A stretch of DNA of 64,000 nt from Eledone cirrhosa (Eukaryota). The stretch is taken from positions 4,526,001-4,590,000 of the forward strand of contig OZ024755.1 in assembly GCA_964016885.1 (NCBI GenBank), given 5' to 3'. Positions 41,701-55,837 of the stretch are shown one piece after another. The position numbers were made by a program, and so were the translations under genes. The notes under the pieces were generated by a model. The model was not told the DNA's origin. It did not search any database and saw only the letters and a list, made by a program, of their open reading frames with translations. Positions within the stretch are counted from its first letter, which is position 1; every line of letters starts with the position of its first letter.

Positions 41701-44700
41701 CTAACCTCAGCTAGATTTGAACCACTTTTTAACTTTTCAGGTTTTCTCCACCTACCCCCACTCTTATTCTAACCCTTCTTCCTTCTACAGCTAGATACCC
41801 TTCCTAACACCAACCACTTTACAGCATGTACTGTGTACTTTTATTGTGTAGATCACCAGCACTAAGCAAGCTGTCATATCCTTGACACAAATAAAGGGTT
41901 TTCCCAATCCTTTGTTTGGCAAGCATGTATTGTTTAACCCTTTAGCATTTACATTACTCTATGTTTACTATTATATGTTTATTTTGAGAACAATACCTTA
42001 ACATCAGTATGCACAGCTGGTTACAGCCGGTTTGGACAGAAAAAGGTGAGAGAATTCTGGCTGGATATGGCCAGTTTAAATGATACAGGGTTAAAATTAA
42101 AATTCCTTTCTATGAGAATTTAAACTATAAAAGACACTTATGTGTAAAGAAATAGAAAAAGATGTAAGAAATTATTGATATTATCTCACAAGTCTTTCAG
42201 TCCATGTTCTTAAGTTTTCTACAAAGTTTTGGTCATCAATTGGTCGTCTATGCATAGAAAACAAGATTGAGATGCAATCCTTCAGTTTCTGAATCTGATG
42301 CAGAACAGTTACACTCTGTTTTGTTTGAACTCGAACTAAAAATAGAATTTGTTACAATATTAAGACTTAATGAGAATTAACAATAAAAGATTTCTTAAGA
42401 AAATTTCAAACATGGTTTTTTTTAAATCAAGAACTCTTAGGAAGAACTTTCCCAACTTGAAATATTACATTTAAAATTACAAACTCTACTTTAATCAAAT
42501 AATTAGTTTATTTAAAATTATAAGCTCTACATTAATTAAATAATTGTGTGTGTGTGTGTACAGCTCACACCTATGTAGGTTTAGCTGGCCTCCTCCAAGG
42601 TATATCTCGTTGGAGGTGTCTTGGGTAATTTAATGATAGGGGCCCCAGTCTTATCTCATTTCTACAGCTGAGTAAACTGGAGCAATGTGAAATAAAGTGT
42701 CTTGCCCAAGGAAACAACACATCACCCGGTCTGAGAATTGAACTCACAACCTTTCGATTGCAAGCCCAATGCTCTAACCACTAAGCCATGTGCCTTCACA
42801 ATTAAATAATTAGTTTATTTAAAAATACAAGCTCTACATTAATTAAATAATTAGTTTAAAATATATTTTAAATACATTTTAAATTTAAATTTACTAGCTC
42901 CACTTTAATTACATAATCAGTTTAAAATATATTTGAAATCCATGAATTCCATGAAATCCATTATCAAATGGAAATATTCACTGATTTAAAGAAAATAAAG
43001 GTTCACGCACTTGGACCATCTGTCTTGATCTTTTGAAGAATAGGGAGGCTGTTGAATAAATTATGAATGTAGGATTCCACTTGAAGCCTGAAATTATAAG
43101 ATATATCAAAGAAGAAAATGATAATGGTTTGAAGCTGACTTCACACATCAGGAACACTTTGTAATTCGACTAATACAGATACAACTGTCCAACCCTTGCT
43201 AGCAGGGAAGGTGGACATTAAAATGACAACAATGATGACACAGGACTAATACACACAGGACTAATACACACACGACCGTCCAACCCTTGCTAGCAGGGAA
43301 AGTGGACGTTAAAATGACAATGATGATGATGACACAAAGATGCCCTATTCAAACTTCATGATTCAAAGTCAAAATAAACATCCTACAATATTCTATCATC
43401 TAACTGTATTTACATTACAAAAATGGAATTTAAAAAACAAAGAAAGATCTGAAACAGTTAAGGACTTATATAAACCTCATCAGGGAATATTTTCTACATT
43501 AAAACAGATTTTTAATTAATTTTCATTTGAAAATAATAAACAAATACAAATCCTAAAGAAAGACATAAAAGGCTTCTTACCTGGATAATTGAGCAGAATA
43601 TGCTTGTAAAGAAAGTTCATCTTCTATAGAATTCCTTACTGACTGTAAAGTCTTGCCTATTTTCTCAAAAAGGGCATGGTCCATTTCAGATTTCTCATAT
43701 AAATGGCGGACGACACATCTAGAATTATCTTTGCAATAGCCCTGGAAATATAAATACAAGGAAAAAAATAAAATAATGCTGAATTAAGAACAAGGTTAAT
43801 ATATCAAATACATTATAGAACCTGTCAATTCTATAGAACTCGTCAACATAGAACTTGCCGTATAGAACCTGCCAATAGAACTTGTCATATAGAACAGTCT
43901 TTCAGCAAAAAATGTAGAAACCAACATACAACAATATCTGTGTATATGTACACATCAACATAACATGTGTATATATATATATATATACACACCAACATAC
44001 AACAATGTGTGTATAAGTCCACACCAACACACAACAATATGTGTATATATATACACACCAACACACAATAATATGTGTGTATATATACACCAACACACAA
44101 CAATCTGTGTATATATATACACCCCAACACACAATAATATGTGTATATATACACACCAATACACAACACACAACAACAACAATAACAACATACCTGCACA
44201 ACAACATGCTCCTGAACTGTCTGCCATAATCCTTTACGATATTTCTTATGGTTCTCTTGCTGTAATCGAACTGTATTTTCAGCATTTAACAGTTTCTTAC
44301 ACGCCCGATAATAATTTGTAAGAATTTCTTCAAATTCATGGCTATTGTTATTTGATTGTTCCTGAAAGAGAAGAAAAAAAAAGAAAATTTACAACACTTC
44401 ACAAGAACAAATAGAAAAACTAGATTCAGCATTTGGTAATCAGAAGAATGACGGTAGGTGTAAAAGCCAAATTCGTTATCTTCAATTCGGTGTTCATGCC
44501 AACCCTTACCTATGGTCAAGAATCTTGGGTAATGACCAAAACAATACAATTACGAATACAAGTGGATGAAATGGGGTTCCTCGAAAGGGTCTTTGGAGTA
44601 ACATTACTCAACAGAGTGTGTAGCTCGGAGATCAGTCATCCCAGGTAGAGCTGCTATTTCTCTGAAATGAGAGATCACAGCTCCAATATTACAGGCATAT

Positions 44701-47700
44701 GGTTAGAATGTCTTAGGAAAGAATCGCTGGACAGATTTTATGGGCAAAACCAACTGGCAGGAGACCCAGGGGTAGACCACAAGCAAGATGGTTAGCTAAC
44801 ATCCATTTGCTTGGCTGGTCTCACTTGGAGATCCAGTCAGATCCATTGCTGATCTACCAACAAGAGGGTGTTATGGTTAAGGGTCAAAACACCCAATAAA
44901 TACTGGACACCATCTGATGACATCAACTCCATCTGGTCAAGGCTATATTTACCAAAGGTGAATGAATGTGGGGCATCTTCATTAAGATTTAATTATCTTT
45001 ACATAATAAACAATTAATAACAGTTATATACTCAGAAACACATACGCAATCAAGTAAAATACATGATGATGATGATGATGAAGATAATGATGATGGTAGT
45101 TCAACACGATATATAAATTAAGTAGAAGGAAGATGCAGTAGAGGTAGACCACGAAAAACATGGGCGGAGGTGGTGAGAGCAGACCTCAGATTGCTGAAAC
45201 TCTTGGAGGAGATGACGAAGGACCGTGACAAATACAGAGATGCTGTGCTGAATAGGAAACCTTGCAAGCAGGGAAAAGCGGACATAAAATGATGATGATG
45301 ATATAAAAACAAAAAAACTAACCTGCACAAATGTCTCAATGAACTTTTCATTAACTGCAAGTTCATTATTGTAATAAAGACTTCGTAGCTGAACTCTAGT
45401 CAATGGTTGTATATTACGAGTTGCATTTGCTTGTCGAGAGCTAAACCCTGGGAGGGCACATGAAGTCACAGTAGAGGTGCTGGTACCAGTAGGGGATGTT
45501 AAGTTTTCATAAGCTACATCCCAACACTGTTCTTCATAAGCTTCTGTTGCTGCCATCAGTGGCATTCCTTTCCTTTGAGCTTCAGCCACAAACGGAATAT
45601 TTGATACCAATTCTTCATCATCCAACTGAAGAAGAGCACACTGAGCTGGTAATTTGGACTCTTGGGAGTCATTGATACACTCCTGGAGATTAACAGCAGC
45701 TGAGCTAACTTCATTTCCTAGCACAGTTGAACAAAACTCGGACTTATTGGAAGATATAGTAGGACTCAATACAGCATTGATATCAATTTCTGCTAATTGA
45801 TTTCGGTTATTTTCTAACTCTTTCTCTTGTTGAAATGTGTTTTTAAAGACAACTGAATCATCTAATTTAACAAGATGGCACTGTTCTTCATGGTTGGTAC
45901 CAGTGTGCATGCTGGATATAAGTGTCCTTGCCGCTAATTCATTCAGGTTTCCTGGGGAACCAATAATAAGGGTCGGTTCTTTCGGAGCTGAAGAAGACAA
46001 AGACTCAGCTTCTTGTTCATCATTTGCTGTTACTTCAGTTTCAGAAACCAATCTGTCACTATTGAGAAGACATTTTGGTTCTTCTTCTTCTTCTTCTTGC
46101 TGTTGTTGTTGTTCATCTTGCTGTTGTAGTTCTTCTTCTACTTGAAGATCTGAAGTCAAGTCTTGATCAATGAAATGTTCTTCAGAAATATCTTCCACGG
46201 AATGTTCATATGGAATATCAGATGAAGACAATGGTGCAACCTGTTCTTCATTCTCCCCAATTTCCTTGAGATTAGAATCATCTTGAGAACATACAGCTGT
46301 AACTTCCTGCTCTATCACAAGTCCTTCATTAGCTACGTCTAACTGTGACGTAGGATGGTTTGGCACGACCTCGGGTTCTTCTTTAACAGCCTCCGTCACC
46401 TGACCTTCTAAAACAGCTTCATTGTCTGTCAGAAGTTCTTTATCAACATCTAAAGCATCAGGTACATCTGGAGGCTGGATAACATCTTGTTCTTTATCAA
46501 CTACTTGTTTGTCTGGTAATGTTTTGGCTTCATGTAAATCTTCTCCAATATACAAAGCATGGTTCATGTCATCTTGAGTACTGTCACTTCCATATTTACA
46601 ATCATCAAAACTTCCAATGTGTTCTTTTTCTTTCTTTTTCTTCTTCAACTGAAAAATAAATGTTACCAAATTATAATTTCAATCATGTTTTGAATACAAT
46701 TTTCATCAAATTCATTAACAAATATAAAACAAGTTAATTTTCCATACTGCCAGATACTTTACACACACAAAATTACTTCAATGCATATATACAGTACACA
46801 CATTCAAACTTACATTCACTTACACATACATGTCCACTACCACATGGAGATACACATACACTTACTATCTTTGATACTTTACACATATACCTTTAAAAAT
46901 CACACATGTTTAAACATAGACTTACACTCACACTTATAACGACACACACACACACACACTCCACCTTGTGTTCCAACTTGTTACCAAGACTACCAAATGG
47001 TTGCCTTGTTTTCACTCTTCATTTCTTCATTTTCGTTGTTTTTTTTTGTCTTTACTTGGACCATGTTTTTGTTTCTCCTTTGTGATCCTGCCTCTTTTGT
47101 GTACTCCTGAAGAAGGACTGGAGCCTGACACATCAAACTTTCTTTCCTATTTCCGATATAAAGCGTGAAACTAATAAGACTTTCTGTACCCCTGTTTGTT
47201 GTCTCCTTGAACAAACTTTCTATAAATTTAGTGTTTAATATTTAATTAAGAAATCATTGTCACAACAACCAACCCAACCACACAGTTACAATGAGGTGGC
47301 CTACGTGACATGGGACCAGCTCAGCCTCCGCTCTGTGAATGTCTGTCCCCCTCTGCGGACATCCAGTCCCCCCCCCCCCAAAACAAATGGGACGCCATCC
47401 TTTGCAACATGATTTCAGACTGTCTGGGTTGCTGACTCAACCAGTACAATCTGGCATGTTTCCACTCGGGCTCCCAACCCCACAGAGGTGCCTGGCTCTT
47501 CCATCACTTGTTACTGGCTCTCAGCTGGACAACAACAACTTACACATCAGTGTTTCCCTGAGGCTCGTCCTCCATATCTGTGAGCCTCTTAAATGCTGCT
47601 GCAGTACCACTTATTATTATTATTATGTGGTGCATTGGCAGTATTGGTAGAGGGTTGGACGCCATGCTTTGTAGCATGGAGTTACGGCCCTTTATGATCT

Positions 47701-49786
47701 GAGTTCAAATCCCATCGAGGTTAACTTTGTCTTTCATCCTTACAGGGGTCAATAAAATAAAGTACCAGTAATACACTGGGATAATTGCTGGCCTTGTGCC
47801 AAAAGTAGAAACAATTATTATTATTATGTGGTCAATTAGCAGTGTTGGTAGAGCACTGGACAACATGCTTTACGGCATGGAGTTACGACCCTTTGCGTAC
47901 TGAGTTCAAACCCCACTGAGGTTAGCTTTGCCTTTCAACCTTGGAGGGCCGATAAAATAAGGTACCAGTAATACAATGGGGTCGATTTAAACGATATCAC
48001 CTCCACCAAAAAAAAAAAAACTGCTGGCCTGGTGCCTTTAGTAGAAATTATTGTCATAGCAACAACAACAACAGCAGCAGCAGTACTACTACCTTTTACT
48101 TTAAACTGATTCACAATTCTATTACATCATAAATATCATTTTGTTTTTTGTTGTTGTTGTTAATTCATTCAACCGAACTTCATTCCCTTGATAAATAAAC
48201 ATCACAGTTTTGTTATTGTTCTTGTTCTTGTTGTTGCTAGTTGGTCATCTTCTTCCTCAGCTATTGTCTGTTAATCCTAACAATCTAATTATATATTACA
48301 CCATCTATACTACAGCTATCTGTGATTCAATTATTAAAATGTTTCATCCAGTATCTAAACTAAATCAATAACAGTTTCAAATATCTACCATCATATTTCA
48401 AAGAACAAAGCCAGCCAGTCAATGTCGGTTTTTAAAAAAAACATGAATCTATCCTATAGTTTTTCATAGATTTCTGGTGACCTTGTAGACAAAGGACCAA
48501 CAGGATTTTCAGTTGAGTTCAAGGAGCTTTTTCCTAATTTGTCGGAGTACTACCAGCTAACAAAACACTTATTACTGAAGCAGTACTTTGGATGCTTCTA
48601 CAGTAAGCTGCATCAAGAGGTCATCTAATTGACTGTCAATGAGTCACCACCATGCTACATCTGGTTTACATCTGTTGTCAATGACTCACCACCATCTACA
48701 TCTGGTTCACATCTGGACTGTCTTCTCTCTCTTTCTATTCAATAACTACTACTACTAATGATGATGATGATAGAAACAAGTAAAATAATTGTTTCTACTT
48801 TTGGCACAAGGCCAGCAATTACCCCAGTACATTACTGGCACTTTATGTTATCGACCCCGTAAGGATGAAAGGCAAAGTTAACCTCGGCGGGATTTGAACT
48901 CAGACCATAAAGGGCCGTAACTCTATGCTGCAAAGCATGGCGTCCGGCCCTCTACTGATACTGCCAATCCACCAAACAAGTAAAATAATGAGACATATCT
49001 ACACCCTGTATCTGATCTTCAATGGAATGTCCTCTTAAAACTTACGAAATAGTGGGTGACCTGTTTTAGTACAATACAATACATGCTACAGTTATGTTAT
49101 GTACTTCCATTAGAATTGGCAGCCAGCCAAATATTGAGCTATTATATAAGCAACTGGCAGAGTCTTCCTTATAAATTACCACCAGAGTTTATTACGACAT
49201 TGACCAAAGTGAATGTTTGAATTCAGGACAATGAGTCATCAAAATAAGTTCTGAAGAAAATCTCAGGAAGTTGTCTCTATATCTAGGGTAGGATTTAAAC
49301 CTTGGAGGCCCCAGGGCACTTCAGGTTTTGAGGGCTCCTCATACACAAAAGATTATTAGACACAGAAAACCTCCCCCCAATTTTACATATCAATGTTAGC
49401 TTGGTCCAAGTAATTGGAATTGAAAAGTTATACATACAGGGTATTAAATTAAAACATTCTAGCCATTCTAAAAAAAACCAGCTGAGGGTACAAACACTAC
49501 TACAACTACTACTACCACTGCTGTTGCTACCACCACTACTACTACTACCACCATTACCACCACTACTACTACTATTACTTCCACCACCACTACTACTACC
49601 ACCACCACTGCTGCTGCTACCACTACTACCACCACCAGTACTGCTACTACTTCCACCACTAGTACTACTACCACTTCCACCACTAGTACTACTACCACTA
49701 CTATTACTTCCACCACCACCACTACTACTACTACTACTGTTATTTCCACCATCACCACTACTACCACCACCAACACCGCTATCACC

Positions 49787-49817
<31 letters not shown>

Positions 49818-50565
49818 CTACTACTACTACTATTAATGAATAATACATGAAGTAAAGAAGGTAGACTGTAGGCAGCTATGAAACAGTTTTATTGTCCAAG
49901 AGAGAACCAGAAAAGGTTCCATTGAGGTTGCCATGGTACCAACTCAGTAGGGAGTTACTCTATTACTCTATTGTATGTTCCAGCTGACAGGCCATGCTGG
50001 AGCACCATAAGATAGTAGAGAGTTACTCTATTGTGTTCTAGTCAACAGGCCATGCTGGAGCACCATAAGACAATAGAGAGTTACTCTATTGTATGTTCCA
50101 GCTGACAGGCCATGCTGGAGCACCATAAGATAGTAGAGAGTTACTCTATTGTGTTCTAGTCAACAGGCCATGCTGGAGCACCATAAGACAATAGAGAGTT
50201 ACTCTATTGTATGTTCCAGTGGACAGGCCATGCTGGAGCACCATAAGATAGTAGAGAGTTACTCTATTGTGTTCTAGTCAACAGGCCATGCTGGAGCACC
50301 ATAAGACAATAGAGAGTTACTCTATTGTATGTTCCAGTGGACAGGCTATGCTGGGACACCATTTGTTAATAAATTAATATAGTCCAGCCAAATATTTGAA
50401 TATTTCACAAATAACCTTGTAGCAAGAAGTATAGATCAGGAGTGGCAGGGATGTTGACACACTGCTCTAATTAGTTCTTATTACAAGACTTAGATAACAG
50501 CACTAAATGGTTGACGTGTGTGTATATATATATATGGAAAGGCTAACTTAAAAACGATGATTATA

Positions 50566-50662
<97 letters not shown>

Positions 50663-50757
50663 ATGACCCTGTGATAAACAAGTGAAACTCTAGAATAACC
50701 AGACTCACTATTTAGCCTTAATATATATATGTATATATATATTTCTAAAATATTCTT

Positions 50758-50794
<37 letters not shown>

Positions 50795-52075
50795 AGAAAG
50801 TGTGACCCCGACGGCAGAGCTCAAGCCGTTTCGACGGCTATTTCTGTCCAGAAATAGCTGTCGAAACGGCTTGAGCTCTGCCGTCGGGGTCACACTTTCT
50901 CCTATTATCCACTCTACTACCCTAAGTATTGAGTACTCTGATACGTTATGGTCCATCTGGTTCCTTACCACAACTCCTTAGTTATATATATATATATATA
51001 TATATATGTATCTTTATATACAGATATGTTTTAACTCATTCTTTTGCTTGTTCCAACTCTGTTTAATCCTTGCACTAAATATTGACTTTCTCTAATATTT
51101 AACCCTGATAACTCAAGCCTCGAGTACAATACGCAGCAGCTTTTGGCATGTAGTATTCTGTATCGCACCTCTTTGTATCGCACCTTTCTACCCTCTCTTA
51201 TGATACTATAACCCTATTATATATATATATATATATATATATTCGATATGTGTATTTCCACATTTTCCCGAATATTTTTTGCGGATATAGAGGTTATCTC
51301 CCTTGCTGAATTCCATGTGCGTTTTTTCAGCCTGGGTTATGCCTTTTCATTCGTTCGGACAAAAGCTCGTTGAGGAAGTAAATTCCGGTCCGCTGGCTCC
51401 TAGAAGTCTTATATATTTTTATGTGAGCTGATAGAGGGCAGTTTAAGGATTTACAGAAACCCAAGAAGCTAGATTTACCATCTTTCTAGCGGGTCCGGGT
51501 ATGCTTTTTACATTCATTTGATTTATTGATTTATTGATATTTTATCTGAGTGTCCCGAATCTTCCAGATCGCAATTTTTCGGTCGTATGGTTGATTATAG
51601 ACTTGTTCTATGTGTGACGGTATTTTAACGATAGTTATAGCTCTGATTTATCTGAATTATTGAGCCCTCTGCCGCTCATTTCGAATTTTGTTTATCGTGA
51701 ACTCGTGTGCCGATTTTTCGATACTCGATTATTCTACTATATATATATATATATATTTAAAAGTTAAACAAGGTTCAATGAATACATCAAAGAATGAGTT
51801 TTACAATAGATTGGAAGCACTCAAGAGAAAAAGGGTTCCCAGAGTTATTAATATTAATTCAAAATATTAACAAAATAGATATTCTTGTGATCAAGTATAT
51901 TTTATTATACATATTTCAGAGGTACTGAGTTAAGTTCAACAGTACGTCCTCATCAGATAAAATAAGATGATGCATGACATACCCTGACATAGTAGATGGT
52001 TAAGATTCAGTCATGGTAGTGATTAACATATGATTAACATATGACAAAACTCAATATTTATACCCTAATATTGAG

Positions 52076-52115
<40 letters not shown>

Positions 52116-54094
52116 CAAAAAAAAAAGAGAATCAGTGTTGCGATGAGTGAAATTTATTGGACATATTACAATCGTTTCTCTGGCAACCAGCTCGAGGCAC
52201 GATCGATGTGATGATCGAACCTGACTCTGAAATCGCAAGGTCCTCAGATACATCTTGATTCTATGAAGCAGATTTTCCAAAATCTTTTTTTTGTGATATC
52301 ATACTCTGCTCTGTGAGAGCATCGAGTGCTCAAACGGCCTACCGCATACAGACGCTTTAAGCATCCAACACCAATTATATATATATATTTATATATATAT
52401 CATCATCATCATCATCATCACCGTTTTACGTCCGTTCTTCCACGCTAGCATGGGTTAGACGGGTTGTCCTGTTGTGGGCAGTGTCTGGTCGGCTGACCAT
52501 GCCTTGCTCATACAGGAACTGATCTGGCTTGATTTCTACAGCTGGATGCCCTTCCTAACACCAACCTCATTTACAGTGAGTGCTGGGTGCTTTTTCGTGG
52601 CGCCTACACGTCCACTTTACAGTGGGCTGGGTGCTTTTTTGCCGTGGCACCTCCACGACCACCTTGCGGTGGGGGGGGGGGGGGGGGGCATATTGTTTAT
52701 ATGCTTCAGCATGTACCCATGGGAGGTCGGGTACCCTGTATTACTGCGTGACGCCAGAAGTCACGGTCGTGTGTCATTGACTTTGAGAGGTGTAGTTGGG
52801 TAAGGTCGGCTTTTATCACCTCATCCCAAGTCATCTTGGGTCTCCCCACTCCGCGGTTTCCATCAACTTCTAGTGCTCTGCACCTTTTTATGCAGCTGTC
52901 ATCCTTCATACGCATCACATGTCCATACCATATATATAAACATCAGAATGTAATGGACAGAAAATATGATGACTAGCTGATTGTTTAGACAACTGACCTG
53001 ACCATAAACAAAGGAATTCATATAGGACATGTTTACTGATCTTTTTCTTTTTTTTCGTGAATTTGACAATGCCATACATAGGTGCAAGGTTAGTACTCTG
53101 ATCTAGATAGTCATTGTACAAACCTATGTGTCTGTTTGGCTGTCATTGACGTTTGCTTTCCTTTCACAGACATGATAACAATAAACTTGATTACCTGTAA
53201 CATATGTATTTGATACAAAGTCAGAGTCAAGACATAGTTACTTCAAGTGATATTGTGTGACTTAATAGGTATTAAATCCCGAGAGATGTTTCTTTCTTGT
53301 CTATTGTAAAGTATTCACTTTTCATAAGGTATTTTATTATTTTAAAATGTTAAGGTTTTCTGAAGAATAATAGACCAGCCATGTAAGATAAGAGAACATT
53401 TGTGAATTTAAGGGCTCGAATCATTCAGAAATCATACCAAGCCCTAACTTAAAAAACAAACAATATAGAATTCAATATAGAAATGGTGTGATCCAACTAA
53501 TTGGCTTCCATTGACTGTAACTGAATGTTTTTTTCTTGTGGCCCTACCAGTTGTGCTTGGCAGTATATTACAGACAGTGTCTAGCTGTCAACACATGCAT
53601 GGGATGGCGAGGAATATCATATCAGGAATGTGGCTAGAGACTACACCAGACATGTGACCATGTCCAGTTCATACATTCGGTATCAGCATGGCTGCAAGCT
53701 CTTCCAAACGCCATCAGAAGATTTTATCATGATACATGGAGGCACATGGCTTAGTGGTTAGCTTGCAATCGAAATGTTGTGAGTTCAATTCTCAGACCAG
53801 GTGATGTGTTGCTTCCTTGAGCAAGACTCTTTATTTCACATTGCTCCAGTTTACTCGGCTGTAGAAATGAGATGATAGGACTGGGGTCCCTATCATTCCA
53901 CTGCAAAGTGGTTGTGGAGGTGCCACAGTAAAAAAAAGCACCCAGCACTCACTGTAAATGAGGTTGGTGTTAGGAAGGGCATCGAGCTGTAGAAATCAAG
54001 CCAGAACCAGTTCCCGCCCCACCCTTGCAAGCAGGGAAAAGCAGACGTAAAATGATGATAATGATGATGATGGTGGTGGTGGTGGTGGTGGTGG

Positions 54095-54125
<31 letters not shown>

Positions 54126-54815
54126 GGTGGGGACCTGCCCTGCTTTCCATGTTGGCATGGGTTAGATATAGATGGTGGAGGAGAGTCTGGTGGAGTTGAA
54201 TTAGACCAAGAGGAGCTGTCTTTTCATGCTGGAAAGAGTTGAATGAGCAAAATGATGATAGAGGGGGGTCAGGAAAGGGCTAACATAAGGAGGCCTACAA
54301 GAAGGATTGGTGCAAACTGGCAGCCGGAGGTGATAGGTGCTTATCGTTGTCCTACTTCTCTGCTTCTTCACTACCATTCCATGTTGACATGGGTTGGATG
54401 TGGAAAGGATAGAGTGCATCCAATTTTTTATGATATGGTATGGGTTGGGTTGGCCTAGTAAGGAGAGCAGGGATGTTTTTCTATACTGGAAAGAGTTGAA
54501 TGAGCAAGGTGGGGACAGAAGGTGTAAACTGGTAAGTTGGGGATAGGGGGTCGATCTAAGTGATGTCTGACTTCTGTATGTGAGAAGGTAGGTCCTCTGT
54601 AGTATGGCAAGCTGCCAGCTGTCTCGATCCTACATTACGTCGTGTCCTTCGTAAGGTTTAATTGCATAAGGTCAGCTTTTACCACATCAACCCAAGCTTT
54701 CCTAAATCTTCCTCTTTCATAGTTTCCATTAACTTTGAGCACCCTGCACCTCTTTAGACAGATATATCATGACCATGCCATCTAACACTTTTTATGTCCA
54801 GTTTCTGTCTCAGTC

Positions 54816-54848
<33 letters not shown>

Positions 54849-55240
54849 TCTCAGGTGCTGAGACTGGGAAATATGCTGTATGCATTTCTTATATAAACAT
54901 GTACATACATACATTCATATTTACACACACATACATATATATATATATAGTGGTAGAACACTGGAAGGTAATATCCGTAGTGGTAGAGCACTCAGTCCAT
55001 GGGACGAGTTAGGTAGAAGTGGTTACACAACAGTTAGTTCACCATCCCGAGAACATTTGTTTCACCTTAGCGGATCCTCAGATCGCAAGGGTCCATTACG
55101 ATCTGAGGATCCGCTAAGGTGAAACAATTGTTCTCGGTATGGTGAACTAACTGTTGTGTAACCACTTATATATATATATATATATATATATAAGTACATT
55201 ATGTACTATTGACTCCTGCGTTTGTTTGTTTCTCCTTTTG

Positions 55241-55308
<68 letters not shown>

Positions 55309-55778
55309 CTATATATATATAACTATATATATATAACAGGTCGATACGCAATAAATATTTTTCATATGTAAAACGAAACTTCCTAGTTCTGTCTCTCTCT
55401 ATATATATATATATCCCGTTAAGGGTGAAAGCAGCGATTCTTTGCTTAAACTTTAATCTGTTATTTTAATAAATATTTGCTCTACGGTTCTTATATATTT
55501 GATATATATTTATCCTTATCGGTCCCTCTTTAGATTTTAGTCTTCACAATTATTTTTACTATATATATATATATATAACGAAGGAAATGTGGTAAGGAAC
55601 CAGGTGGACCATAACACACCAAAGTACTCAATACTTAGGGTAGTAGAGTGGGTAATAGGAACGAATAGGACCCCGACGGCTGAGCTCAAGCCGTTTGGAC
55701 GGCTAATTCTGGTTCAGAATCTAGTCCAGAATTAACCGTCGAAACGGCTTGAGCTCAGCCGTCGGGGTCCTACTCGTT

Positions 55779-55837
<59 letters not shown>

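Noticed and set aside
47027-47146. Exon-like purine-rich stretch in intron 1 ([14 protein letters not shown])
   Set aside because: Weak acceptor, in-frame stop and no compatible donor; exons 1 and 2 join in phase without it.
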